Shown here piece by piece: positions 1 through 14,100 of a DNA stretch of 64,000 nt. Below the pieces are notes generated by a model. That model was not told the origin of the DNA. It did no database searches and was given only the letters and a program-made list of their open reading frames with translations. The translations under genes and the position numbers were made by a program. This DNA comes from Glycera tridactyla. Lineage: Eukaryota. Position 1 is the first letter of the stretch. Every line of letters begins with the position of its first letter. The stretch covers positions 78,554,001 through 78,618,000 of the forward strand of contig OZ286476.1 in assembly GCA_965644265.1 (NCBI GenBank), in the 5' to 3' direction.

Positions 1-720
1 CCATCATTAGGAAATTTACTGCCGAAACAACGATTCATTAGATTTAATTTCCTCCTCCCATGCAATCCTAGAACTAGGCCTATAGCCATAAAAGGACAGT
101 ATCAGACACTTGATTGTGGGACGAGATGTCACTGTTCCAGGGCTAGACCATAATAATTCCATATTACATATCAGATAACATCACGACTTTTTTGTGGTGT
201 TACAATCGCCACAGATGGGCTCCAGCTAGCCCACCCACACATCTGATAATGATCATCGCCACAGATGGGCTCCAGCAAGCCCACCCACACATCTGATAAT
301 GATCATCGCCACAAATGGGCTCCAGCTAGCCCACCCACACATCTGATCCTTATCATCGCCACGGATGGGCTCCAGCTAGCCCACCCACACATCTGATCCT
401 TATCATCGCCACGGATGGGCTCAAGCTAGCCCACCCTCACATCTGATCCTTTTCATCACCACAGATGGGCTCCAGCTAGCCCACCCACACATCTGATAAT
501 GATTATCGCCACAAATGGGCTCCAGTTAGCCGACCCACATATCTGATCCCGATCTTCACCACAGATGGGCTCCAGTTAGCCCACTAACATATCTGATCCT
601 GATCATCACCACAGATTGGCTCCAGTTAGCCCACCCACACATCTGATCCTGATCATCACCACAGATGGGCTCCAGCATGCCCACCCACACATCTGATAAT
701 GATCATCGCCACAGATGGGC
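1..720. repeat. Duplicated segment, copy 1 (copy 2 at about 6894-7613; offset 6893)
   Basis: The unique 200-bp flank and the order of variant units in the 50-bp array match between the two copies. Confidence 0.92.
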
Positions 721-858
721 TCCAGCCAGCCCGCCCACACATCTGATCCTGATCATCACCACGGATGGGCTCCAGCTAGCCCACCCACACATCTGATCCT
801 AGTCATCACCACGGATGGGCTCCAGCTAGCCCACCCACACATCTGATCCTGATCATCG
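205..858. repeat. 50-bp tandem array, about 13 units
   Basis: Unit atcgccacagatgggctccagctagcccacccacacatctgataatgatc. Confidence 0.92.
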
Positions 859-3800
859 TGTAATCCTTTGATCCGAGAGCCAAAATGCTTGCTTGGAAAA
901 TATTCTTATAAAGACCCTTTGTATTCCTGATAGATTCCCTGGTCTCAAGGAATTGTGTTGAAATCCTTACGTTTGTTAATATTTATGCCTGGCTAAGGAC
1001 TCAAGCAATCAAGTGACCTCAGTGGTAAGAAATAGCAAGTATATAGACTAGGCCCTAGGAATTTCCTCAGTTCCTTTTGCTAGGACTGTGCTACTCTTAC
1101 TGATTATCAAAACGTTGTCTAGGGTAGACAATAAAAAAGCGTGATTGTGAATAATCTTTCCTCAGGCAACCAACTGTGATTCAAAATTCATCTTGTAAAG
1201 AGCATGTTTTGTTCAGAGACAAGCATTGAAACACGGAACAAATAAGTAACAGATATTGACTTAGATTCATTTATTGCAGTATAATATCCCTCCTTGCTCC
1301 ATCACCCTTCTCTTCTTGGTATTAAATAAGAAATGGAAGTTCAAGCTAGGCGGACCTCCAGGTTACTTCAAAAAGAAGTAATTGCATCATCACTCAAACT
1401 CAAGCTTACAGATACTCGCACATACACCCAAATACCTGTTCACAACACACTTTCTGCTCCACGTTCACCAAAACGGATCCAAGGGAGAAGTGCACATGGT
1501 TAGTGTGTATAACGGGCGGGAAGTATGAATGATGAATGAAGATGAAATGGAAGATCAAAGATCCCAACTTAACTACCCAAGTTCAAACCAACCCAAGTAG
1601 TGCAGATCCTCTGAAATTATCAGTTCAGAATCGATACGCTATAAAGATAGAGAAAACATTTTGGGTCTATGGCGAACACAGAACCAAACACGTCATCACT
1701 TCTCGTGAGCGAATACCGAAACTAAACAAATCCCAAGACTACACGAGCGGACAGTGCGATTTAGAGATGGTTTATACTACAAAAACTTCGTGGGACCAAG
1801 TTCGACTTCGAAACATTCAAGTTCTAACTCCGGGATCAAGCAAGAACTTAAGTAGAAGTGATGCTGGTCACTGAAAAGCGATAATCTTCATAGCGATGAG
1901 ATAGTGAGTGAAAGAAAACACCGGGAGGCGTTCAAGTCAACTGTGAATGCACCTACAAGTCACGCTCCGACTGAAGGAAGCTAAGCGCTGTAGCACACAC
2001 AACACACATATCGTTGATTCACTCAAGCATACGGCAGGCCGCTAAAGCTGAAAAGAGTTCATCAGGTATTCGAACACTTTAAAGAAGAATTTGACAGTCT
2101 ATGAAGATGAATGACGCTTCAAGACTAAAGATCTCAATTCAAAACTCAAATTCAAACTTCAAAAGTCTAAATTGAAATTCAAAATCCAAAGAAGTGTTCA
2201 AAGAATAGTGTTCACAGTGTAACACGCTGCAATTTGACTTAAGAGTTCATACTGTAGGAAATATTCCCAAAAGAAGCTTGGAGACTATCAACCAGGACAG
2301 GGGTATTCATACTCTGTCGGGAACAGTGTCACTCAAATGGGTTCACTACAGTGAACAAAGTCAACCGGTTTTCACCACTGGATTGTTCATCGGTGAATCT
2401 TAAGATGTGGCAAGGTGAAACACATTACCAGTTACCATGCAGTGCTGGTCGACTGCAATGCACCAAGCTGCATACCGATTCAGAAGATGTCGTAACGTCA
2501 CGAGATGTCGTCACAGGATGTCGTATACAACACACTCACACTGACGTCAGTTATCGCTCGAGCTGAACGAAGGTCATCGGAGGTCAGTCCATACCAACTA
2601 TACCCAACATATCAGCAAAGTCGGCTGACGACGATCGCTCTACTCTACAGGCGACTTCGAATTGCACGAAGGATGTCTACGGATGATGTTATCGAAGATG
2701 TCACCGAAGGCAAGACACCTCGCAGCAAATCAGGAAAACACCCCGAAGTATCCGAAGATCCTTCCGAAGTATCTGACCCGAAGTATCGCCCCGAAGGCCA
2801 CTCCACGACTTCTAGCACTGGAAACGTTCGGCTGACGACCAGTAAGCCATGGCATGCATGCTGCCGCTATAGAAAAAGAAGAAACCCAAATTCCCTCAGC
2901 ATTCATGTGTGGTAGGTAAACTAATTCAAAGTTTATGTTATATTGTTTTAGTTTGCAATTTTTTTGGTATTTTATATTGTTCCTGATTCATTCGAAGAGA
3001 CTATAGTTAAGAGAATTGAACATTCCATGTTAAGGCGATGCTCCATGTATCCACTAACTGAATGGCAGACAATGGGTTCTATGTTGTTCATACTGACTCC
3101 AACAATCAGTTAAGACTAACCAGAGTTGAGATAATTAAGCTCAATAATATTTGTTGAGCCGAGACTACTTTTAATCAAGTGATCACCTGCAATACTAATG
3201 CCATCAATAATCATTCTAACAAGAAAGCATGAAGCTGATTTGCATGAACTTTGTTTTGATTCAAGTTAGCATTAGTAGAGCAATAGCCCGAATCAGGATC
3301 CGAAAACAGACAATGTTCAACTATACATCCAGTTGGCATGACTGTGGACTGATTCTGCTATTCTTATTTTTTGAAATTATTCTAAGTGATTTCACATAGA
3401 AATTACTTGCAAAATCAAGAAATTTCAATTTCTCAATTTATTGAGTGCCATTTCAAAGAGAACTACTCACTATCAATTGCAACAATTAAATGAATTCCAT
3501 TGAGAAGTAGCAAGTGCCATGATGTTCTAAGAGGGCTATCAATTGTAAACAAGTCAAAACTCTCACCTGGCCATACATGGAGGTCAACTGAGGACCACCC
3601 ACAATGGCAAGCATTACAGTGAATTCCAAATGGAATTCTACAAGTTCACTACCTATCCCTGTGTGACAAGAATTTTCTATCTGTTTTTGTGATTCCATAG
3701 CCAAGTACTTCTTGACACAAGAAAAGAAGACAAGGAGGCTATTTGACTGAAATTGACAAGCTAAATTGGCTAAGATGACTAAAAGCACTACGAGAGCTAC

Positions 3801-6800
3801 AAAGTGTCTTCACGAAATGGAATGGGTGTAAAATGTTTCTTGGAATTGTTGTAGATATACTGTGAGGGTTCCTGAAGGTCGAAAAGTCGAAAAATGAGTG
3901 AATCTAGTTGAAAACAAGAATTTTCAAGATGGCCGCCAAATATAAAATGGCCACTGCAGACCAACTCCAAGGGGATACAAAGCTGGTATTCTCACACACA
4001 CTATTTGAATCACCAGGCTTTCATTTGGAATGATTTTCGAATCGATATGACCAAAACTCAGAGATTTCAAGATGGCGCCCAAAATGGCCGACCAAAATAT
4101 CAAAATCGTTCTCCTGAGCATAATATTGAAGCTAGGAAGTTGAGAAACTCACCACAGCTAGATATGAATATTTGTGACTCTATGAGCATATGAAACCAGA
4201 GATATCTTGAAAATTGACGAATTTGAAATATATTGAATGCTGGTGAATAGAGTCAAAAGCTAGCGAAATCCGTCACACCTCGAGTTTTCAAGGTAGAGAC
4301 TTCATATTTCACATCATTACACATGACAGTTCGGCCAACAATTTTTTTTGCATGAATTATAGATACAGTGAATTTATCTATAAACGGCGGATAGTTCAAA
4401 AAGGTTGCATTTTGGTTGGAAAATGGTTGGAGGGCGAAATATTTCACGATCATGAAATCTAAAGCGCCAAATCAACTGGGGATTTCACAAATACTGCAAC
4501 ATTGGTTTTGAACATGGCTGATTGGCAAAATATGAAATTGGTTCAACCAAAATTGGTTATTCATGATTGGTTTAGGTTGGTTGGTCTCAAACCTGGACAG
4601 ATGTATCAGTCAAAGCCAGAATTGCCAGAATTCGGTCTAAACACCTTAGAAAACAACCGTAAGTGTGAAAAATCATGGAAAATCACGAATGGTCACAAAT
4701 TCGAGGTTGGTCTTTCCACAAGGGTCTAAGTTCGAAAAGTAGGTCACATGCTTTGGGAACATTTTAGGGCACAGTATATGAACAACCGTGTATGGAATGT
4801 TCTATAAACGTGTTCTATGCGGGTTCTAGAGTGATTCTAGGTGGTCTTGATCCCACGGACCGAACATAAACAAGCCTATGTTTACTTTCTTGTCCGGACA
4901 GTTCTCGGAACAACATTTCATAGAGATGTGATATATCTACATAGATAATGGTCTCAAACCACACAAAAACGGGTCATATCCCTCTCAAATAGATATTGTA
5001 TCACAGACGTGTAGGCAAGAAGCTTTCATGACAGCGTGAAACAACAAGAAATGTGATTTTCGGAACTCTTTCGTCTATATACTCAAAATTGTCTCCACGA
5101 TGACGGGATTTCACAAAAACAACGTTTGGCTATCAAAAGTCACGAAATACTGTGCAATAACAACATTTTGTGTGTGAAACGTCCAAAAAACAGTGTTTTG
5201 GTAAGATTTGGCTGAGAAACAGCAAAGCGCCTTCGAAAGACAAAAACGGTCAGTGAATCTAAACCAGGGCGTGGGAACAATTAACCCAACAAGGCCACAC
5301 ACCGCGCGTCTTTCGATCAGATCCGGCGTCTCCCAGTCATGTCAATTTCTATCTGGAAACCTAGACAATCGTCTGACTTTGAAAGAATACTCTATATTGA
5401 GATCAGTTGGTTCACTTTGAAAGAAGCATTCAGGCATGCAGGACGCTTTTGGAGCGTTCTACATTCAACATTCATGGACTTAACAGCCCCATTCATCTCA
5501 ATGCAAATCACGGATATTAGGAATACCAGATAGCACATTTATGAGACAAAATGGATATCTTACTCACTCTTTTTACCGAAATTATGAGTTACAGACCACG
5601 TATATCGCGAAAATAGACTATTTCGGACACAAATCGCATATCTCTCAATAACAGACACTTCAAACACAATTGTCGGATGAATTACAGCCTATGAATGTGG
5701 CAATGGAGTCCACGTTCACCATGCCTTCATCCTTTCACCGGAAAACATCATAAATCGCGGTCAGATGGATGGCTTTCACTCTCACAACCCTCACAGACGA
5801 ATAGTCACGAAATATTAACCGCAAGGACATTTTGGCACACAAAACGTATCACGAGGCACAGTAGCAATACAAGAACAGTTCCATGGCACATTTCATGAGT
5901 CACACTGACAAGATTTTCAGAGAAAGACATGTGTTTCACAGTGGTGAATGCATGGTGGCACATGGGTGGTGGGGTGTTCGTGTACCTATGCTCCTACATA
6001 ATGCTGCTAACAATTGGTGATGCACCTCACAATTACTGACCTGTCAAAGATGTTTAACTCATGTGGTGGATCATGATGGTGGCTTCCCGTGGAGCACTTT
6101 AGGAGTAGCGATATCCTAAGGCATCAAGGAGGGTATCTGCAAACTTTCTTGCAAGACTTCTGATCCAGTGACAGCGACCTCCGGGGCGAATGTGTCGAAA
6201 GTAGTCTACACATTGCAAGTAGCCCAGATATAGTTGCTGACACCGATCTCTCCTAAGATACCAATGATATCACCAACCACCAATCATGTGTCCGGATTTT
6301 ATTTACGGTAAACAATTACGTTAGATACGGGCGAAGGTGTCTTGTGCTCTTTTTAGCAGAGTCTATTTTATCGAGACGGTGACGCTATTTGCAGGAGGGT
6401 AACGAAATTACAATAGCAGCCGTGAAGGACTCCCCTATCGGTTTACCAAATGGACTCTTCCACTTTTCACTCGAGCAGCAGTGGTTCTCCACGTGCACAA
6501 GATCTCCACGTGCACGAGATCTGCAAATCTCGCTACACACCTGTTGCAAGAAAAAAGCACCTGTTTGCCTTTGAAGATCTGTTAGATCTTCCTTTGATCT
6601 TCGGCCTGCTATACCTTTGAAAGTTTTGGGCGAAGTCCAGTCATACTTTCTGACAGAACGTAGTTTATGTTCACAAGTAATATTGCAATTCTCTCCGAAA
6701 ATCTGGAATCCAAAGAAAAACTCTTTGCTTAAATCATCCAAATCGGAGTTAATTACACAGGCAGAGAATTTAGCTCCCTCTTTTCTGACAGAATCAAATC

Positions 6801-7097
6801 AGAGCTGCAGTCAGAGCAGGAGTTGTATCTACCTCTCTGTTCAGTCATAAGATTGAGATTACCACTGAAAAGAACATGACGGGCTTTATTGAGCCATCAT
6901 TAGGAAATTTACTGCCGAAACAACGATTCATTAGATTTAATTTCCTCCTCCCATGCAATCCTAGAACTAGGCCTATAGCCATAAAAGGACAGTATCAGAC
7001 ACTTGATTGTGGGACGAGATGTCACTGTTCCAGGGCTAGACCATAATAATTCCATATTACATATCAGATAACATCACGACTTTTTTGTGGTGTTACA

Positions 7098-8080
7098 ATC
7101 GCCACAGATGGGCTCCAGCTAGCCCACCCACACATCTGATAATGATCATCGCCACAGATGGGCTCCAGCAAGCCCACCCACACATCTGATAATGATCATC
7201 GCCACAAATGGGCTCCAGCTAGCCCACCCACACATCTGATCCTTATCATCGCCACGGATGGGCTCCAGCTAGCCCACCCACACATCTGATCCTTATCATC
7301 GCCACGGATGGGCTCAAGCTAGCCCACCCTCACATCTGATCCTTTTCATCACCACAGATGGGCTCCAGCTAGCCCACCCACACATCTGATAATGATTATC
7401 GCCACAAATGGGCTCCAGTTAGCCGACCCACATATCTGATCCCGATCTTCACCACAGATGGGCTCCAGTTAGCCCACTAACATATCTGATCCTGATCATC
7501 ACCACAGATTGGCTCCAGTTAGCCCACCCACACATCTGATCCTGATCATCACCACAGATGGGCTCCAGCATGCCCACCCACACATCTGATAATGATCATC
7601 GCCACAGATGGGCTCCAGCAAGCCCACCCACACATCTGATAATGATCATCGCCACAGATGGGCTCCAGCTAGCCCACCCACACATCTGATAATGATTATC
7701 GCCACAAATGGGCTCCAGCTAGCCCACCCACACATCTGATCCTTATCATCACCACGGATGGGCTCCAGCTAGCCCACCCACACATCTGATCCTTATCATC
7801 GCCACGGATGGGCTCAAGCTAGCCCACCCACACATCTGATCCTGATCATCACCACAGATGGGCTCCAGCTAGCCCACCCACACATCTGATAATGATCATC
7901 GCCACAAATGGGCTCCAGTTAGCCGACCCACATATCTGATCCCGATCTTCACCACAGATGGGCTCCAGTTAGCCCACCAACATATCTGATCCTGATCATC
8001 ACCATGGGCTCAAGCAAGCCCACCCACACATCTGATTCTGATCATCGCCACAGATGGGCTCCAGCTAGCCACCCACATAT
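7098..8080. repeat. 50-bp tandem array, about 19 units (same family as 205-858)
   Basis: Same unit, with an internal block re-duplication. Confidence 0.92.
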
Positions 8081-8149
8081 CACCTGAATACATCTAGCCG
8101 CCAAGCTCAGGAAACTTGGGACTTCTAGAGTGCATGTGCTCCGGCCAAA

Positions 8150-9335
8150 AGAGCCCCTGACCCACCCTTTGGTAGGCCAACAATGCCCCTGACCCACCCT
8201 TTGGTGAGCCAACATAGCCCCTGACCCACCCTTTGGTGAGCCAACAATGCCCCTGACCCACCATTTGGTAAGCCAAAACTGCCCCTGACCCACCTTTTCC
8301 TAAGCCAACATAGACCCTGACCCACCCTTCCCTAAGCCAACATTGCCCCTGACCCACCCTTTGGTAAGCCAACAATGCCCCTGACCCACCATTTGGTAAG
8401 CCAACATAGCCCCTGACCCATCATTTGGTAAGCCAACATAGCCCCTGACCCACCATTTGGTAAGCCAACATAGCCCCTGACCCACCCTTTGGTAAGCCAA
8501 CAATGCCCCTGACCCACCCTTTGGTAAGCCAACATAGCCCCTGACCCACCATTTGGTAAGCCAACATAGCCCCTGACCCACCATTTGGTAAGCCAAAATT
8601 GCCCCTGACCCACCCTTTGGTAAGCCAACAATGCCCCTGACCCACCTTTTGGTAAGCCAACTTAGCCCCTGACCCACCCTTTGGTGAGCCAACAATGCCC
8701 CTGACCCACCCTTTGGTGAGCCAACATAGCCCCTGACCCACCCTTTGGTAAGCCAAAAAAGCCCCTGACCCACCATTTGGTAAGCCAAAACTGCCCCTGA
8801 CCCACCCTTTCCTAAGCCAACATAGCCCCTGACCCACCCTTCCCTAAGCCAACATTGCCCCTGACCCACCCTTCCCTAAGCCAACAATGCCCCTGACCCA
8901 CCATTTGGTAAGCCAACATAGCCCCTGACCCACCATTTGGTAAGCCAACATAGCCCCTGACCCACCATTTGGTTAGCCAACATAGCCCCTGACCCACCCT
9001 TTGGTAAGCCAACAATTCCCCCTGACCCACCCTTTGGTAAGCCAACATAGCCCCTGACCCACCATTTGGTAAGCCAACATAGCCTCTGACCCACCATTTG
9101 GTAAGCCAAAATTGCCCCTGACCCACCCTTTGGTAAGCCAACAATGCCCCTGACCCACCCTTTGGTAAGCCAACTTAGCCCCTGACCCACCCTTTGGTAA
9201 GCCAACAATGCCCCTGACCCACCCTTTGGTAAGCCAACAATGCCCTTGACCCACCATTTGGTAGGCCAACAATGCCCCTGACCCACCCTTTGGTAAGCCA
9301 ACATAGCCCCTGACCCACCCTTTGGTAAGCCAATT
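8150..9335. repeat. 32-bp tandem array, about 37 units
   Basis: Unit gcccctgacccaccctttggtaagccaaca(at/ta); carries TTG|GTAAGC on the + strand. Confidence 0.93.
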
Positions 9336-9589
9336 CAGCCTCCTTCTTGCTCTCTCCCTTTTTGCCTCTCTCTCTCTCATTCACTCTCTCCCATTCGCAC
9401 TCTCTTCCCCTCTCTCCCTCTCTCGCCTCCTTTCTCTTACTCTCACTCACTCTCTTGGTTTCTCTCCACCGAGAAACAGTTTTGATTGCTCATTCCTTTG
9501 GGCACCATGGTCCATGGCATGGCTCAACTGAAACCATTACCTCGATGTCCCAGGTCAGATAAAGTTGGAAAGGCTTATCGCGGTCAACT

Positions 9590-10460
9590 TAGTGATTGTC
9601 TCTTGATGTGTTGCAGGTTTGATCGCGGTTATCTCAGAGATTGTTTCTTGTTGCGTTGTAGGTTTGATTGCTGTCATCTTCTTCATCTGTTCTCGTCACG
9701 TGGCCCCTGTAGACTGGGATGGTGCAAGAATCAGGGGCAAAATCTCTCTCGTCTTCAGTGATTGTTTCTTGTTGTGTTGCAGGTTTGATTGCGGTCATCT
9801 TCTCCATCTGTTCTTGTCACGTGGCCCCTGTAGATTGGTCAGAGTCAGGGGCAAAATCTCTCTCGTCTCCTGTGATTGTATCTTGATGTGTTGCAGGTTT
9901 GATCGCGGTTATCTCAGAGATTGTTTCTTGATATGTTGCAGGTTTGATCGCGGTCATCTTAGAGATTGTTTCTTGATGTGTTGCAGGTTTGATCGCGGTC
10001 ATCTTAGAGATTGTTCCTTGATGTGTTGCAGGTCTAATCGCGGTCATCTTATAGATTGTTCCTTGATGTGTTGCAGGTTTGATGGCGGTCATCTTAGAGA
10101 TTGTTCCTTGATGTGTTGCAGGTCTGATCGCGGTCATCTTATAGATTGTTCCTTGATGTGTTGCAGGTCTGATCGCGGTCATCTTAGAGCTTGTTCCTTG
10201 ATGTGTTGCAGGTTTGATCGTGGCCATCTTAGAGATTGTTCCTTGATGTGTTGCAGGTTTGATCGCGGTCATCTCAGAGATTGTTCCTTGATGTGTTGCA
10301 GGTTTGATCGCGGTCATCTTAGAGATTGTTCCTTGATGTGTTGCAGGTTTGATCGCGGTCATCTTAGAGATTGTTCCTTGATGTGTTGCAGGTTTGATGG
10401 CGGTCATCTTAGAGATTGTTTCTTGATGTGTTGCAGGTCTGATCGCGGTCATCTTCTCCA
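9590..10460 (+). repeat. Acceptor array of the CD225-like exon (45-bp units plus two longer exon-start copies)
   Basis: Unit gattgttccttgatgtgttgcag|gtttgatcgcggtcatctta. Longer copies of the exon start lie at about 9660-9760 and 9780-9870. Confidence 0.88.
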
Positions 10461-10609
10461 TCTGTTCTCGTCATGTGGCCCCTGTAGACTGGGATGGTGC
10501 CAGAGTCAGGGGCAAAATCTCTCTCGTCTTCAGTGTATCCGGCATCGTAGTCAGCTTGGTCACCGGCCTCGTCTTGATACTCATCTTCTTCTCCGAGGAT
10601 TCCCGGTGA
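10437..10609 (+). CDS. Exon encoding the C-terminal half of a CD225/dispanin (IFITM-like) domain
   Basis: gttgcag|GT (phase 1) gives GLIAVIFSICSRHVAPVDWDGARVRGKISLVFSVSGIVVSLVTGLVLILIFFSEDSR*. This follows the CD225 pattern G-x-x-A-x-x-x-S-x-x-SR...D-x-x-GA-R...TM as I recall it. The upstream exon was not identified. Confidence 0.7.
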
Positions 10610-11149
10610 CCACTTCATGACGTCATCATACTCAGCCTCGTTACCGCGTCTGGCTTGCTGGGGAGGTTGCTGCCCGTCTTGCCTGACTACCTCGTCGTCA
10701 TTTCCAGGAAACACCATCAATTTCCACCTCAGTCGCCAAGAGTGCACCCTATTAACATTTCATACCTGCAGTTGGTATTTTACAGCCATTAGAGTTGTGT
10801 CAACTACAAATTGCAGGTGAAATATGAGTTGCTTGAGTCAGTGTGTGTACTTGCGTGCGTGTGTGTTAGTGTGTGTGTGCGTGTGTGTGGCTTGTGGCGG
10901 TAGGTGAGAGTGACTGTTGTCTTGCCAGGTATGTCACGGGTACATTGTTGTGTGGTTAATGCCAGTCTCTTCTATACAGAAGTGACATTTTGAAGTTGAA
11001 CCCTTGCTGCACCGAACCCTTTCCCTTTTCACCTATTGAAACCGCAATGCGTCTCTCATTCATGGTATAATTCCTAGGAACGATTTCGGTTTGTGAACTC
11101 CTTCAGTAGTACTACATGGTCAACAGCAGAACTGCTCCACTAGGGCAAT

Positions 11150-14100
11150 ATTTCATGAAGTGGGGACATGGGGATATGATGAGACTGAGAACTATATTTC
11201 ATGAGGTGGGGATATTGTGGAATACAATAGGACTAGGACGTATATTGCACGAGGGGGTATAAGGGAACTGCGAGCTATATTACATGAGGTGGGGTTATGG
11301 AGGGGGTATACGGGAACTGAGAACTATATTACATGAGGTGGGGATATGGAGGGGGTACAAGGGAACTGACTGAGAACTATATTACATGAGGTGGGGTTAT
11401 GGAGGGGGGATAAGGGAACTGAGAACTATATTGTATGAGATGGGGATATGGAGCTGAAATAAGGAAACTGATAACTATATTGTATTATATTGTATGGGGT
11501 AGGGATATGGAGGGGATATAAGGGAACTGAGAACTATATTACATGAGGTGGGGGTATGGAGGGGATATAAGGGAACTGAGAACTATATTGTATGAGGTGG
11601 GGAAATGGAGGGGATATAAGGGAACTGAGAACTATATTACATGAGGTGGGGATATGGAGGTGAAATAAGGAAACTGAGAACTATATTGTATTATATTGTA
11701 TGAGGTAGGGATATGGAGGGGATATAAGGGAACTGAGAACTATATAACATGAGGTTTGGGGTATGGAGGAAATATAAGGGAACTGAGAACTATATTGTAT
11801 GAGGTGGGGAAATGGAGGGGATATAAGGGGACTGAGAACTATATTATGTGAGGTCGGGGTATGGAGGGGATATAAGGGAACTGAGAACTATATTGTATGA
11901 GGTGGGGGTATGGGGGGGATATAAGGGAACTGAGAACTATATTGTATGAGGTGGGGAAATGGAGGGGATATAAGGGAACTGAGAACTATATTACATGAGG
12001 TGGGGATATGGGAGGGGTATATGGAGGGGGTATAAGGGAACTGAGAACTATATTGTATGAGGTGGGGAAATGGAGGGGATATAAGGGAACTGAGAACTAT
12101 ATTATATGAGGTGGGGGTATGGAGGGGGTATAAGAGAAGTGAGAACTTTATCACATGAGGTTGGGGTATGGAGGGGGTATAAGGGAACTGAGAACTATAT
12201 TACATGAGGTGAGGGTATGGAGGGGTATAAGGGAACTGAGAACTATATTACATGAGGTGGGGGTATGGAGCGGGTATAAGGGAACTGAGAACTATATTAT
12301 ATAAGGTGGGGGGTATGGAGGGGGTATAAGGGAAGTGAGAACTATATCCCATGAGGTGGGGGTATGGAGCGGGTATAAGGGAACTGAGAACTATATTATA
12401 TAAGGTGGGGGGTATGGAGGGGGTATAAGGGAACCGAGAACTATATCATATGGGGTCGGGGTATGGAGCGGGTATAAGGGAACTGAGAACTATATTACAT
12501 GAGGTGGGGATATTGAGGGGGTATAAGGGAACTGAGAACTATATTGTATGAGGTGGGGATATGGAGGGGGTAGAAGGGAACTGAGAACTATATTACATGA
12601 GATGGGGATATGGAGCGGGTATGAGGGAACTGAGAACTATATTACATGAGGTTGGGATATGGAGGGGGTATAAGGGAACTGAGAACTATATTACATGAGG
12701 TGGGGGTATGGAGGGGATATAAGGGGACTGAGAACTATATTATGTGAGGTCGGGGTATGGAGGGGATATAAGGGAACTGAGAACTATATTGTATGAGGTG
12801 GGGGTATGGGGGGGATATAAGGGAACTGAGAACTATATTGTATGAGGTGGGGAAATGGAGGGGATATAAGGGAACTGAGAACTATATTACATGAGGTGGG
12901 GATATGGGAGGGGTATATGGAGGGGGTATAAGGGAACTGAGAACTATATTGTATGAGGTGGGGAAATGGAGGGGATATAAGGGAACTGAGAACTATATTA
13001 TATGAGGTGGGGGTATGGAGGGGGTATAAGAGAAGTGAGAACTTTATCACATGAGGTTGGGGTATGGAGGGGGTATAAGGGAACTGAGAACTATATTATA
13101 TAAGGTGGGGGGTATGGAGGGGGTATAAGGGAAGTGAGAACTATATCCCATGAGGTGGGGGTATGGAGCGGGTATAAGGGAACTGAGAACTATATTACAT
13201 GAGGTGGGGGTATGGAGGGGTATAAGGGAACTGAGAACTATATTACATGAGGTGAGGGTATGGAGGGGTATAAGGGAACTGAGAACTATATCCCATGAGG
13301 TGGGGGTATGGAGCGGGTATAAGGGAACTGAGAACTATATTATATAAGGTGGGGGGTATGAAGGGGGTATAAGGGAAGTGAGAACTATATCCCATGAGGT
13401 GGGGGTATGGAGCGGGTATAAGGGAACTGAGAACTATATTACATGAGGTGGGGGTATGGAGCGGGTATAAGGGAACTGAGAACTATATTACATGAGGTGA
13501 GGGTATGGAGGGGTATAAGGGAACTGAGAACTATATTACATGAGGTGGGGGTATGGAGCGGGTATAAGGGAACTGAGAACTATATTATATAAGGTGGGGG
13601 GTATGGAGGGGGTATAAGGGAACTGAGAACTATATCCCATGAGGTGGGGGTATGGAGCGGGTATAAGGGAACTGAGAACTATATTATATAAGGTGGGGGG
13701 TATGGAGGGGGTATAAGGGAACCGAGAACTATATCATATGGGGTCGGGGTATGGAGCGGGTATAAGGGAACTGAGAACTATATTACATGAGGTGGGGATA
13801 TTGAGGGGGTATAAGGGAACTGAGAACTATATTGTATGAGGTGGGGATATGGAGGGGGTAGAAGGGAACTGAGAACTATATTACATGAGATGGGGATATG
13901 GAGCGGGTATGAGGGAACTGAGAACTATATTACATGAGGTGGGGATATGGAGGGGGTATAAGGGAACTGAGAACTATATTACATGAGGTGGGGGTATGGA
14001 GGGGGTATAAGGGAACTGAGAACTATATTACATGAGGTGGGGATATTGAGGGGGTATAAGGGAACTGAGAACTATATTGTATGGGGTGGGGTATTGATTG
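11150..14100. repeat. G-rich 48-50-bp minisatellite, about 60 units, with higher-order block duplication
   Basis: Unit gagaactatattacatgaggtgggggtatggaggggtataagggaact; identical ORF-track translations at 896-bp offset (11888 and 12784). Confidence 0.92.

Noticed and set aside
205-858. CRISPR-like array (palindromic tgggct...agccca core)
   Set aside because: No unique spacers, no cas genes, intron-containing animal context; an ordinary minisatellite.
859-6210. LTR retrotransposon
   Set aside because: Only TG...CA ends and an imperfect 5-bp flank; no paired LTRs, PBS or gag/pol ORFs seen.
8042-9450. Gly-rich overlapping ORFs
   Set aside because: Open in all three frames because of the 32-bp repeat; no domain signal.
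10409-10747. Minus-strand 112-aa acidic ORF with apparently repeated stop codons
   Set aside because: Better explained as the antisense shadow of the plus-strand CD225-like exon, whose frame matches a known domain and whose acceptor explains the array; its own acceptor is weak.
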